Counted from the first letter of the stretch, positions 1-12,919 are shown. The stretch: 64,000 nt of DNA from Geosiphon pyriformis uo1 (GCA_016748015.1 JAAOMT010000512.1:1150719-1214718), one strand, 5' to 3'. Numbers and translations are program-made. The notes: generated by a model not told the origin, from the sequence alone.

Positions 1-597
1 ACAGTAAAGACAAACCGGACTTGAGGGAAAGTTATGCCAGGCCATCGTTTTTCCAGAGTTTCTTTTATCAACTTTATTAAAGCAACTCGAATAAATGTTA
101 TATGATCTCATATAGTTATAAAATGATAGCAATTGTAAACCTTTTGCATTTCAGATAGGAAATCAGTGATTGCAGTCCTAAAATTTAAACCGATCGGCAT
201 CTTTGGCTTTTTTTCCTCGCTCATGTCAGCCAAATGAAGTTTAAACAACTCAACGGGAGCAGGATCAATAGCGTTTCTATCTCTTCTGGATGGTTCTTTG
301 GCTAGGGCCGCGAAGCCCCACGCATTCACTTTCCAATCGCTATCATATTGAAGAACCGTATTTGTTTTTGGAACGATTAGTCCCGGAAATGAATTGTGAA
401 CCATGACATCAGGATTAATTCTGTGGCTATAAGCAAAACCTAAAAAAACCCAAGATATTTCTTTTAATGTTTATTCAGACACATAAAAAACTGTTGAAGA
501 CTTCCGAAAAGGCATTCCTACCACTGCAAGTCGTGCCAAAATCAATGGCTACAACAACTCGAAAATCTTCAGAACTTTCTCTTGTAGGTATTTCCAT
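1..597 (-). CDS. Hsp70-like (HSPA12-type) actin-fold ATPase, 5' part; runs off the window start
   Basis: ATG at 597. Spliced translation MEIPTRESSEDFRVVVAIDFGTTCSG|FAYSH...PKTNTVLQYD...WG...ELFKLHL...AITDFLSEMQK|LIKETLEKRWP...FVFTV. The VVAIDFGTT-SG-FAY phosphate-1 motif and FKLHL are typical of HSPA12-like proteins. GT-AG introns at about 521-440 and 140-72. Confidence 0.88.
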
Positions 598-995
598 TGC
601 AAACCTAAGCAATTGTATTCACTAAACTCAAAGCTCTTATTTTTTCACAAAAAAGAATTTATGCAAAGTCCCAAGTAGAGAATGCCAAAGCTTTGGTCAA
701 GAATGATCTTGGTCCAACCAATCTAGTTTGGTTTTTTGTACAAATATTACGTGTAGTTAAGAATTAATGAGCTAAGCTTAAAATGGCAATATTCGGTGTT
801 GTTCTCACTGCCATCCTTATTTGTTCATCGGTTGCAAAAAACTTTCAAAACAAGTTTGATCCCAAAACTGAACAAAGAAAACGTTGCAGAATGACAATAG
901 CAATCTTTTCGGCTTATTATTTTCCCAGTATTTAAAATTGAAGGTCGATTGTAACTACTAGTCAAAGGCTTTTTTCTTTCTTCACTTTCTTAACC

Positions 996-2906
996 ATGCA
1001 CCTTCCCCAAGGACAACAAAAAAAAGATATGCCAGCCTCTAAAGAGACTCCACAAAATGCTCCACCTCCCCAACAGCAATCAAATTCGCTGATATCTCAA
1101 GAACTTCAAAAAATAATCAATTGGCTTTTAGCGCATGAAAATTGGGAAACGGATGTTTTGAAGTTCCTCTTACTTTGCATTGCAGAGCCAAAAGATAGTT
1201 GTTATAGATTTTTAATTGAAAGTGAATGGGGGGACATAAAAAACGCCATCAACTATTTCTCTTCAATGGGAATAACGAATTTAGACGCCAAAAATACTTG
1301 CATTGAATATTTGGATAGGTATAGAGATTGGCATAAAAATGAAACAAAAACTCCCATAAGTATACTTGTGGAAGATATTTGCGAATTTCTTCCTCTTGAG
1401 AAATCTGATGGAAAAACGCTCCTTAATTGCCTAGCTCGGGAGCGCCCTGAACCAAGATCAGCTCTTCGTTCAATTTTTTATCATAGGATCAAAGGAATGC
1501 ACGATATTTTGGTCGGCCAAAACTCTGACCTTATCGAACGAAACAAATCTAAAATGGAAATTAATTTTCTTCGAACAAATTACAAACTTCTTGATCAGGA
1601 GCTTCAAGGGTTAAAAAAACAGTTAGCATCTCACGATGAGGCAGAAAAGCTCAAAGAGCAAATAATAGCTGAACTGGAACAAAAGCTTTTATCACAAACG
1701 AAGCAGCATGAAGAGGAAGAGCAAAAGGAGCTAAGAATAGCTGAACTGGAACAAAAGCTTTTATCACAAACGGAGCAACATGAAGAGGAATATCAATCAA
1801 ATATGTCCAAGTTGAAGGAAGAATACGAAAATGGTAAACAAAATATTAATCAAGAGACTTGTGCACAATGTCAAAATTACTTCCAGCAACTACAACGTTT
1901 ACAAGAAGAAAGAGATATGTGGGAGATGAAGCATCAAAGTATGCAAAATGAAAGTACTTTCAAGGATAATCAAATCCAGAAACTTTCTAATCAGACCGAA
2001 TTGGCAAAAAAAGAAGCTGCTGAATTACAAGCAGCACTTGGCAGTGTTAGAAATGTCCAATGGAATGATAATGACGAAAACAATGCCGTAAAACTAACTC
2101 AATTTATCGAAAGAATCCAACGCAGTCTAGAGGATGTCACAAAAGTTAAAGGAAAGACAATTCAAATAAACGAAACCTCGGCTAAAAAGTTCCTGGACCA
2201 ATATAAAAGTCAATCACAGATATCAGAAAATAAAACGGCTTTAAGTTATGCTCTTCAGAAAATGATCGTTAAGAAAGTTTTCGTAACAATTGAGAATTTA
2301 CCAAAGGGATGTAACGACAGGCGGCGGGAGGCTAACGCATCCTTAGAGCCATGGATTATTTACGATACCGAGCGTTTGATTGGTTTACTTAAAAGATTTG
2401 CCGATAAATGTCAAGGTGGTGATGACCTCACTCGAATCCTTCCAACTAAAATACGACAACAAATTTTTGCTTCTTTAGGAACACTTAGTTATAAAGAACA
2501 GAATGCAACAATCACATGGCTAACTAATAGCATTATTAAGGAAATGGATCAAATTCGAAAAATTTTATCCGAGGAGCGCAAGAAAAACTTGCATAGCGAA
2601 ATTACTAATTTAATTATCGACCTCGCACATCTATTTTTTCGAATTCGAGCCCAAGAACCGATACCAGTTATTAAATGGATTGATAGTGGCGAAAGTATTC
2701 ACACCAGCTTAATGACGGGTCCATTTGATATTGAGGATAGTGAAAATTTAGAAGTGGATCTTTGCTATTTTCCAGCTATTGGTATTCATTTATATGATCA
2801 AAAAAACCGCAAAGTTTATTGTAAAGCACAGGTTTTAGCGAGAGCAAAAAGCAAAAAAGGGATGATAAGTACATTTCGCGACGCAGTACAAGGATTATGG
2901 CTTTAG
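996..2906 (+). CDS. Intronless 636-aa coiled-coil protein with a C-terminal GrpE/Mieap-like beta domain (inferred)
   Basis: Long ORF with an E/Q/K-rich heptad region (about aa 185-350). The C-terminus GESIHTSLM...EVDLCYFPAIG...RKVYCKAQV follows the G-E-x-hydrophobic...V-x4-P-G/A...V-x-x-K-A-x-V pattern. Confidence 0.8.
   Translation: MHLPQGQQKKDMPASKETPQNAPPPQQQSNSLISQELQKIINWLLAHENWETDVLKFLLLCIAEPKDSCYRFLIESEWGDIKNAINYFSSMGITNLDAKNTCIEYLDRYRDWHKNETKTPISILVEDICEFLPLEKSDGKTLLNCLARERPEPRSALRSIFYHRIKGMHDILVGQNSDLIERNKSKMEINFLRTNYKLLDQELQGLKKQLASHDEAEKLKEQIIAELEQKLLSQTKQHEEEEQKELRIAELEQKLLSQTEQHEEEYQSNMSKLKEEYENGKQNINQETCAQCQNYFQQLQRLQEERDMWEMKHQSMQNESTFKDNQIQKLSNQTELAKKEAAELQAALGSVRNVQWNDNDENNAVKLTQFIERIQRSLEDVTKVKGKTIQINETSAKKFLDQYKSQSQISENKTALSYALQKMIVKKVFVTIENLPKGCNDRRREANASLEPWIIYDTERLIGLLKRFADKCQGGDDLTRILPTKIRQQIFASLGTLSYKEQNATITWLTNSIIKEMDQIRKILSEERKKNLHSEITNLIIDLAHLFFRIRAQEPIPVIKWIDSGESIHTSLMTGPFDIEDSENLEVDLCYFPAIGIHLYDQKNRKVYCKAQVLARAKSKKGMISTFRDAVQGLWL
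1664..1790 (+). repeat. In-frame tandem duplication (72-bp period) inside the coiled-coil ORF
   Basis: aatagctgaactggaacaaaagcttttatcacaaacg(a/g)agca(g/a)catgaagaggaa occurs at 1664 and 1736, encoding IAELEQKLLSQT(K/E)QHEEE twice. Confidence 0.95.
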
Positions 2907-3649
2907 TGAATTTTAAATTATCTTCAAATTTATGTTCGTTTTCAGTTTTTCGAGTTTTTATCTTTTAAATAAATATCCATTTATAGTTGAAAAAGCAAAT
3001 TAATTAATTCAGAGATTGAAATTTTGGGGGTGATTTAAAAACTAGTTCGTGCATTACTTTGAAATTAATTTTTTTACAGATTCTGATAGACTACTACAAC
3101 TGCTAAGCTTTTCCCACCCAAAATTAACGGATGACATGAGTCGACATTAACAGCCATCGCTTAAATCATCATACGTCCAACTGGTGCCCCCTAAGGAGAG
3201 TTCCATCCAGCAAAACCCGGAAAACTCACAGGCACGTTATTCATATGTACAATTTCCTGAAACACCATTGTTGTAAAGCTGGATCTTTATGATGCTCCTC
3301 AATCCTATCTCTCTTCGGCATTATTGTGGTAAAATCCAATAAGATAATACAGAGGTTGTTGTTTCTTCTATGTATGTGTTGATTGTATGCTAGTTGATTC
3401 CATTGTACATACTAGTGTAGTTTCTACATTCTCTATGTAAATCCTGCTGATCAGGCAGATGTCGATATGTTGTTTTAAAATCTTTTTTCATCAGTGATTA
3501 CTGCTTTTTTACTTGGAAAATATTCATTTATAACCTTATGCTTCTTAGAAGTCCTCAAAACTGTTTAAGATACCCATTTGGTCATGATCTTACTTTGCCT
3601 TTTTTTTTGTAGTCCAAATTTAAACTGTTACCAAAAACATTTATTGTTT

Positions 3650-6600
3650 TCTAATATTTAATATTTAGAGTTTTAAATTTACTGAATATTGATATTGGTT
3701 TTAGGTTTTGGAATTATCAAAATTTGGAGTCCAATTGCAATTAAAAATTAAAGAATTACATTTTGAAAATGTTATGTAGAATTTTAAAAATAATTAATTA
3801 ATTAGTTAGTTAGCTATTTTTTGAAATTATTGATTGAATTATTAAATTTTTATAATAAATATTTGAACTTTGTGAATTTTGCAAATTTTTTAATAATTAC
3901 AGAATTTAAAATATTGCATATAATTTAAATACAAAATTTATCACTTTTTGTAAATTAATATTAATTTTTTATTACAATTGGCTAATAGTAATAATTAATT
4001 TAAAAGTAAATATTTGAAATAAATTAATAATAAAAAGATTTTTTGATACTAATTTTTTAAATTATTTATCAACTAATTGCACAAAATAATAATTTGTTTT
4101 TAATATAATTTGTTAATATTAACTAATTTATTGTATTTTTGCCTTAAATAATTTTTATTATTACAAATTAAAATAATGTATATTAATAGTAAAATAATCA
4201 AAGCAATATTAAATTAACTAAAAAAACATTAAATAAAAAAACAATTTAATTAATATAATTGATATTAAAAATCACAGTTTTTAATTATTTATTAATATAA
4301 ATAATATAAAAATAAAATTACAACCTATTTTTACAGTTTTAATAATAATTGTTTATTAAAATTAGTTTTATATTATAATTATTATTATTATTATTATTAT
4401 TATTATTTGTATATAATTAAATAAATTTATTTAATGTTTTATATTAAAATTATTTTTGAAAAATTATAACTAGTTAATAAAAAAAAATAATAATAATAAT
4501 AATAATTAAAAATATTTTAAAATTAAGATATAAAATAAATTAATTTATTTATTAAAATTAGTAAATAATTAATTATAAAATTATATGTTTATAAAAATAT
4601 AAATATTATATAAAAATAATTAATAATTAAATTATATTTTAAGCATAATAAATATATATATATATAAACTTTAAATTTTAATTTATATTATAATTTATAA
4701 TTATTGTAAAATATTTTTTAAAAACAAAAGATTTTTTATATGTTTTAAATAATACTATTTTGAATTTTATTATTATATTTAGTAACTACAAATATTTTTA
4801 ATGTTATATAATTTAAAATATTATATAATTAATTATTGTATTTGGTTATATATAAATTGAATTATCAATTAAATAATAATTAAATAATTAATAATAAGTA
4901 TAATAATATTTAAAACAAAAAATAAAATAAAAACTATTAAATAATATTTTTTTGAAATATTTTATTTAAGTAATATAAAGATAAAGCGATTTTAACTAGT
5001 ATTTTTGTCTTTAAATAAAAGTTCATTTAAAGTTTTTTTTAAGCAATTAACTAAAACTAATTTTAGTATTATTATAAAAAATCCAAAGATCTTTAATAAC
5101 AAACCAATAGCAAAGTTACTTTTTTTTAATTTTTTTTATATTTGTTTAAATAATCAAAAAAAAAATTTGGTTTTTATTTCTTTTATTACTATTATTATTA
5201 ATTTTTTTAAACATTATTTTTACTTTAAAGTCTGTTTTTTTTTGTAAAAAAAAGATATTGGTTTTTTTATTTTATTAATATTTATAGTTTATTATAATTA
5301 TATTAATTATAAACAATAATTTTTTATTATTTAAATAATAATAGTAATAATATGTTAATTTAAAACTAGTTTTAATTAATATACAGTTATATTGTTTAAT
5401 ATATTAAATTTTAATTAATTTTAAAAACTAGACAAATTATGTTTTTATATTTAATTTCAAATAATTAATTATTAAGTTATTTAATCTTAAGAATTAAATT
5501 AATTAAATTTTTTTTGTTTTTTAAAAATATTGTTTTTAATAATATTTAAAAAATAATTATAAAAAATAATAAGAAGTTTTTTATATAAAATTTGTATTTT
5601 ATGTTTTTTAAATACTATTATTCATATTTTACTTGTTGATTTTTTTTTTTATTAATTTTGAAATTGTAAAATCTTTTATAATATTTGTTTCTGTTTTTAT
5701 TTTTGCTGTTATAATTTTATGTAAAATTTTTTTGGATATTTTTTTTAATAAGATGAAAAATGTTTAAAATGTTTTTGGTAAAATTATAAGTATTAAACTA
5801 AAGTTTGCTAATTTATAATAATATATTGTAATATATTTTAAGTTTTGTAAATCTGTTTTTATTTATTGATTAGTTCTAATTATACTTTAATCTAAATTAA
5901 TTTATTTTTTTTGGCTATATAGCTTATAAAATTAATAATTTGTTTTATTCTTAAATTTTTAATATTAATTGTTATTAATAATTTGCTATTATTATTTTTA
6001 AAAAAGCTTTTAATAAAACGTTTATTAAAATTAATACTTTATATAAAAATTGTATTTAATAAAAAACTCTTGAATATTAGTATTATTATAAATATTAAAG
6101 TTTAAATTATTTGGCTTTGTTTATAAAACTGTTTTTGTTGGTTTTTTAAGTAATTTATTAAGTTTTTTATTATATTTAAGATTTTTTTTGATTAATTTCT
6201 TAGATTTATATTTTATATTAAAGTAATTATCTTTTTAAACTCCAGAATTTTATTTTTTTCTTTGGTTTTATTAATATTAATTATAATTTTAAAATTAATT
6301 TATTTAAATCTAACTATAAAATTTGTTTAAATTAATTAAGTTTATTGTTATTAAAATTAATTTTTTGGTAAATTTTATTGTTTTCTTGTTAATTTTGTTA
6401 TAAATATTAAAGTTAAATTTATTTTATTGAATTTTTAGATTAAAAATATTTATAAATTAAATTTTTGTTTATTTAAGAACTTTAATAAAAAAACTTATTT
6501 TAATAAATATAATTTTAAAAATCTGTTTATTATTATATTAAGTTATAAGAAAATTTATAATTAAAAAAAAGATAATAGTTTATAAAAAGAAAATTAAAAA

Positions 6601-8370
6601 AAAACACAAATACATATTTATAATAAACAAGTATTTATAAATTACTTTAATAGATTAAAAATATTAAATATATTTTATTTGAATATTTATTAAATTAAAT
6701 CCAAGTAATTAATTATATATTATAAAAAACATTAATTATTTCTATAATTGAACTTTTAAAAATAAAACCAATATAAGTTTTGGTAAAATTATATTTAGTT
6801 AAGTTATGTTTTATAATTTGGTGCTATTATTTTTAATAATTTTTAATAAATTTTAAGATTTTTGGTTGAAATTATTTGTGTAAAATATAGAAATTTAAGT
6901 ATTTAATAACTTTTAACATTAAAGATCTAATTTTTTTTGTGTTTTAATAAGTTTATTTTGATGTTTTTTACATTTTTAATAAGCTGTTTAACTTTTTATA
7001 AATTTAATTTTACATTTTTTTTGTTGTTTTTACCAAAAAATTTTTAATATTGTAATTTTAAAACTTTATTTTTTCTAATAAGTTAATATTATTATAACAA
7101 ATAAAATAAACCAAACTATAAAAAAAATCAAAATAAAATAAATATCTTATTAATAATCATAATTAAAAGCTATTAGTTTAAAGTAATAATATTTGTTTTA
7201 TGCTTTAGTATTTGGTACAATTTTCAAATTATTTAATTATTAATAATATAATTTGTAATCTATAAGTTTTTCTTTAATATTTAAATAAGAATTATATTTT
7301 TAATTAATTAATTTTAACATTTAAGATAAGAATAATATTAATAAGTAAATTGCTTAATTATTATTATTTTCTAATTATTACTACTATTATATATAACTGA
7401 TTTTAACAACATGAAATATTCTTTTAGATTATATATATTAGCCGAAATATTATAAATTTTTTTGATTTTAAGCAATTTATAATTATTTATATTTATATTT
7501 AATTTATTATAAGAATTTTTAGTTTTTTATATGTTGTAATACTTTTAGTATTAAAGCAAACAGATACAAAAAAATATTATTTTTTAAAATATTTATTTAA
7601 AATATTATATAAACTTATATATATAATTAATAAGTTATTATTTTATAAAAAAAATTGTAATTATTGTTTGTTAAAAAGTAAAAATACATGATTAAAAAAA
7701 ATTTGATTTTTAATCTTATGATTAATTTTTTTGTTTCTATATATTACTTATTTTAATATTTATATATTAATCTTATTTGTTATCTAATATTTATTTTTTA
7801 TTTTTTAATAAATACATGAGTAATGTTTTTTAAAATTATAGAAAAATAATTTCAATTTAAAATTTCAATAAAAAACCATTTTTAACAAAAAATTATATTT
7901 GAAATAAATAAGTAATTAATTTTAAATAAAATATATATAATTATAAATTGTGTTAATAAATACAATAATTACAAAAAAAAATTGCATTTTAAAAAATTTT
8001 AATTGTTCAATCTATATTTTTTGTTATTTATAGTTTTTTATTTTAACATGTCATTATAATCTTAATTTTAAAATTAAGATGTTAAAAATAATTTTAATAA
8101 TAAAATTTTCTACATTTGTAATTATATAAATAATATAATATTAAAATAACAGTTTTTTTTGTTAATAGTTTAATATTTCAGTTTTTAATAAAATAATTCT
8201 TTAGACATAATATTATCAATAACCAAAAATCATTATATTTTTATAAAATTATATTATTATAACATATATTTAAATTTTAACAAATATTTATTAAATATAA
8301 TTCATTCTTTTGTGGACAATTTTAAAATCTAGTTTAATCATTTTAATTAAAATAACAGTGTTAAACTTAC
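3650..8370 (+). mobile_element. Extremely AT-rich block containing a decayed non-LTR retrotransposon (LINE: RRM-type ORF1 plus RT relics)
   Basis: About 5770-6000 reads VFGKIISIKLKFANL**YIVIYF...CFILKF...**FAIIIF, restorable to FGKIxSxKLKxAGLWQYAVV...CFIPRS...QRFAxxTF. 6921-6962 reads KDLIFFVF**VYFD, restorable by C>T/G>A reversal to GDPISPVLWRVYFD (RT QGDPxSP region). About 7201-7221 reads CFSIWYN, resembling the LGIW RT end. The 3.65-5 kb part may be other relics. Confidence 0.7.
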
Positions 8371-8572
8371 AATTCTGACTTAGAACTCACACGATCAGCA
8401 ATAAATAAGGCTTGAAAGATTGAATTTTTAAATACCACCTTTCTTTGAAATACATTTTCACTCTCCTTAGATACTTTCAAAGCCTTTTCACCTCATTTAA
8501 TTCCCCCCTTATTTACTTCTATTGGTAGCCAAAGATTTTATATATCTATCTTATTTAGAGTTAAATCTCACC

Positions 8573-9883
8573 ATGCTTGGCTATTTACTCTCCACTATAA
8601 TTTGGTTAGAGCCTTACTTTTTCTAATTCAGTTTTCCATTTTTCTTTATTAAACATTCCATTCATTTATATCGATAGGAATTTCGTTGGACTATTATATC
8701 CCGCTTATGCCTCCTATAAGGCAATAAAAACTAACAACAGTGCGAAAATTATTCCATGGCTTATGTATTGGATTGTACTCACTTTTTTCATGATTGCTGA
8801 AGGAATCACTGACAGGCTCATATTTTGGTATATCTATTCATGCTATTTACTCTTTTCACAGCATGTTTCTGTTAGATTTCATAAGACCTGTTTCTTTTCA
8901 TAGGTTACCATTTTACTACGAGCTTAAAATGATTTTTATAATTTGGTTGATTTTACCCAAGACGCAGGTACGTTGCTATAATAAATCCAGATTTTAATTG
9001 GAAAACCCCACTAAATTTAAACCATTAATATCCAGGGAGCCATCATTCTTTATTATTCAGTCGTTGGTCCCACATTTTTAGATCATGAAGAAGAAATTGA
9101 TTCGGCTTTGTGGATTGCACAAGAGAGAGCCACAGCAATTAGTTTGGAATGGGGTAAAAAAGGATTGTTGGCAATTCAAGGAACTTCAATTCATAATTTG
9201 CTAAAGGTAATTAGGCAGTGATATTTGGTTGTATCCTTACTAATTGAAATTGAAATTTTCTTATTATTTCACAGGGACAAAATGCTCAGAATGAACCGGT
9301 TGGAACTCAAATTGACTCGACTGGGCAATCTGGTCCTCCATCGAGCTATATTGACACTAATACGACGACGGAAACCAGTCGGTATTTGGAGCAAGGCAGA
9401 ATTATCTCTTCATCAACACAAAAATCAGCAGTAGAAGATAATGAACCATCTTTATCTCCTATATACTTGGCTCATCCTGTCGGATCTGGTCTACCAGATG
9501 ATATTTTCGATGCACCGATCAGTGAGCAACAAGCTTATCTTCAAGAAAAGAAGAGAGAATTAAAATTGATGATGAATAACCTTGAGCAATTGCAACAAAA
9601 AATTCAAGAGAGAAATACGTGGAATCATGAAACTTCTCCATCGACACTACCTTCAACCCCTGAACGATTATCATCATCAGATTCCAACGTCCAAAGTGCT
9701 CAAAAGAGCTCAAAGAAAACTAATAGTAATCGTAGGAGTCCTGTGCGTTATGAGATTGAAAAAGATGAGCATGATTTTGAAAGGGTGGAAAGAGAAGCTG
9801 CTGAAGATGTATTAAGCAATGAAACTCAAGCAGTTGGTCTCACCAGTTATTTCACCGGATATTTCTCAAGAGCGTCTAACTGA
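8573..9883 (+). CDS. TB2/DP1/HVA22 (REEP1-4/Yop1-like) ER-shaping protein with a long low-complexity C-terminal tail
   Basis: Spliced MLGYLLSTII|..VGLLYPAYASYKAIK...WLMYWIV...|LPFYYELKMIFIIWLILPKTQ|GAIILYYSVVGP; GT-AG introns; last exon is ORF 9386-9883. Confidence 0.92.
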
Positions 9884-10895
9884 AATCATATTGGATGCTT
9901 GATCATCGGAAAGCCCAGCTTGAAGATTTTTCAATCTATTCTTAACTTTTATAATTTTTTTTTGTAGGCAAACCAATCTTTATGTCCATAACAGTTTTTG
10001 TATATTATTTGTTACGTATATTTCTTTTTTTATCATCTTCAGCCAATAAGAAAACGGAAACATGATTTCAACCAGAATGTTTTGAACATTACAATAAGTG
10101 ACCAGAGCATTTATTTTTCTTATTCGAAGAATTTTCAAACAGTTTTGACTAAGACAAGAAATCTTGGTGTTTTAAACTAAAAAAGGAGAAATGATTCCAC
10201 GTGATGAGTATATATTAGACTGACTCGAAGAAAATTTAAGGCAGATTGATTTTAAAGAAATTTCGTAAGGCAAAATAAAAAGATATTGGAAAGTTTAATC
10301 TGGTTTTTTAATAAAATGCTTAATATTTATTGAATAATAATAAAATATTTAAATTTATAATTCAAGATTTTTAAATTATTGATGTTATGAATTTTAGATA
10401 CAAATTTTAAATATTTAAGATCCAAAATGAATATTATAATTTTGTCAAAATTAATTTTTAATTATTTAATAGTAATTACACTATATTTTCTAAATCTTGA
10501 ATAAATAGAAATCAAAATGTAATAAGAAACAGAAATACCTCTCCATTAAGAAAAAACAAACCCTTTTTTTTACAATGTCTATATTTAAGAATAAAATTTG
10601 CATTCATCTAAAAAAAAAAAATATATATTGAGATTTTAATATCTCCAAACTGTGACTTGTTCCAAGTAATATATTTTTCAATATTCTAGAAATTGTTTAT
10701 TTTAATAAATAAATAAATAATAATAAAAAATTGTTGTGTTGATGTATATTATGCTCAAAAAAAATATAATGTAAAAGTTCAAATTACAATTAAATTTGCT
10801 GAAATTTAAAAACAGCAAAACATGTATTAAATTATAATTTATTAGAACCATCTATAAAATAGGAATTTTTCCGAAAATTTGAAGCTCAAATTGCT

Positions 10896-11333
10896 TCAAC
10901 ACACAATATCATGGAGCTTTGATGACTCAAGTTGATTCCCCTCTCCTTTACGATCCAATATCGACGTGGAACGATGAATATCAACGGTAAATTTTATTGA
11001 TTTCCAATTCTGGATTGGTTCTTGCGATGAAATAGTTTTTAAATCAATAAATTTTCTTTTTTTTTTGACTTCCCGTTGCCAATATAAAAATAAGAGATAC
11101 CCGATTAAGAGTAAAATGCCAATAGAGATTCCAACGAATATATAAATTGGCAGCTTGTTTATCCCTTCTGAATGAGATTTAGACGAAGAAGATTTGTGTT
11201 TTGTGGGATCTTGTGCAAGTGTAGACTCCGTTATAATGCAAAATAATGACGTAAAAATCAAGTTCAAGATTATTTTGGATGTTAAAATATTATAAAATAT
11301 TATTTCTGATTGCCAAGTGAAAATTTTTGCCAT
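10896..11333 (-). CDS. Small single-pass membrane protein (signal/anchor, short Ser-rich ectodomain, TM, basic stop-transfer)
   Basis: 145-aa ORF with hydrophobic IILNLIFTSLFCII-TESTLA, TM IYIFVGISIGILLLIGYLLFLYW, then QREVKKKRK. Confidence 0.6.
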   Translation of the reverse strand: MAKIFTWQSEIIFYNILTSKIILNLIFTSLFCIITESTLAQDPTKHKSSSSKSHSEGINKLPIYIFVGISIGILLLIGYLLFLYWQREVKKKRKFIDLKTISSQEPIQNWKSIKFTVDIHRSTSILDRKGEGNQLESSKLHDIVC

Positions 11334-11590
11334 TCTATCTGCTATGATTTCGATTGAAAGAGTTTCAAAAAATTTTTTTGTAAACAGTGGAATGAGAATA
11401 AATCCGAAATATTAGAATGTCGAAAATGAAAAATTGGAAATTTGAAAATTTGGTATGTAATATTTTTCACCACCTAAAAAGGGTTCATCTTTATTGAATT
11501 GTAAAATAGTACGGATTAATGATTATGATGAATTTTGATTACGACTTTTTTCCGGAAATTTTTTATCTCAGGTTTTACAGAGTATAATAA

Positions 11591-11593
<3 letters not shown>

Positions 11594-11630
<37 letters not shown>
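11594..11630. repeat. Poly(T) tract, 37 nt
   Basis: Uninterrupted T run. Confidence 0.95.
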
Positions 11631-11636
<6 letters not shown>

Positions 11637-12919
11637 AAACAATTTTTGGAAACATTAAATTAAAAATTCGAATATTATTATATTTATTTATTTTTTATCA
11701 ATTTTTTTTTCTCTTATAAATTTTATTGAATCGGAACATATTCTCCTGTTTTTGTAAAAAAAAAACTTTTTCCATAATTAATTAGATCTTTAGTTTACGG
11801 TAATTTATTATAAGATATAACCAATACTTTCTTTATTCGTATTGGATTGGAAGTAAAACAAAGAGATGAGATGGGTAAGTTCACAGTGATATCCAATTTA
11901 TAATAATAACGAGGCAAATGTACATTAGGATTTACTTATTTTTGTAGTTCTTTTTTTGTAGTTAAAACAGCATAATAGTAATAAAAGATTGGGAACATGA
12001 GTCTTTCAATAAAATTTTCATCTTTTTTAAACTGCTAAATAAAAATAGATCCCTTTATGCAAAATTCTTATTGATATTTGAGATCTTTTATCTGTTGTGA
12101 CATTACAAAGTTTGATGAATCCCTAAAATATTTGACTATTTAATTTTTATTCTTCAAATTTCCCCATGAAAAGGCTAGCATATCCCACATTTTGAAATAA
12201 TAATAATAATAATCAAAAGACTTTAGCCACCACCAATACCATGTCCCAACAAAAGCTAGACACTAAAAGCAAGCAATACTTGTATCACCAATTTTTAGTT
12301 GAAAATGATTTTTTTATGGTAAACATACTATAAAATCTAGTTGAAAACTTCTACCTTACATACCGCTTTTCTTGCATAGTTTTCTCTCTACCCAACAGTT
12401 TTTTAGCTAGACTACTGGTTCCGTAGTATTTCCCACTAAAAGATTTTTCGTGAATGCTGAACCTTTGGAGTCTGATTAAACCAACTCTGAAATAACTGAG
12501 ACCTTTAACATGACCTTATTTTTAAATGATAAATTTATTCCTGGAGAATAGGCTTTTTAGTCTGATATAAAACAATTTAAGCCAAAAAACCAACAAAAAA
12601 GTCTAGAAATAAAAAATTTTGCTATTTTCTGTCTGACGCAAATTTTTCAGACATTGAAGCATTCAAGTAAAATATTTCTCCCTGTGTATCATTTTACAAA
12701 ATTGCTTCGTTCGTCCATAAATAACAAGTGGAAATTTTGGTTTCTGGTATTTTTATCAAATTATCGATATAATGATTTTTTACTTATTGATATGGAGAAT
12801 GCTTAAAAGACTAGATTATAGCTTAGCGGAATTAAAGGTGCAAAAAGTACACTCCAAATATGAATTATTGCAAAATACATAATATTTGAATAAATTAAAG
12901 TTTCGTGTATTGCTTATTA

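Noticed and set aside
5005-5247. 80-aa F/I/K/N-rich ORF
   Set aside because: Composition artefact of the eroded LINE block.
9519-9815. Short antisense or alternative-frame ORFs overlapping real genes (also at 13149, 13954, 27600, 31367, 44101, 49196, 50783, 60034 and others)
   Set aside because: Shadows of genuine exons with no independent protein features.
12220-12600. Possible LTR-retrotransposon fragment downstream of trehalase
   Set aside because: No recognisable gag/pol motif or LTR pair could be identified.
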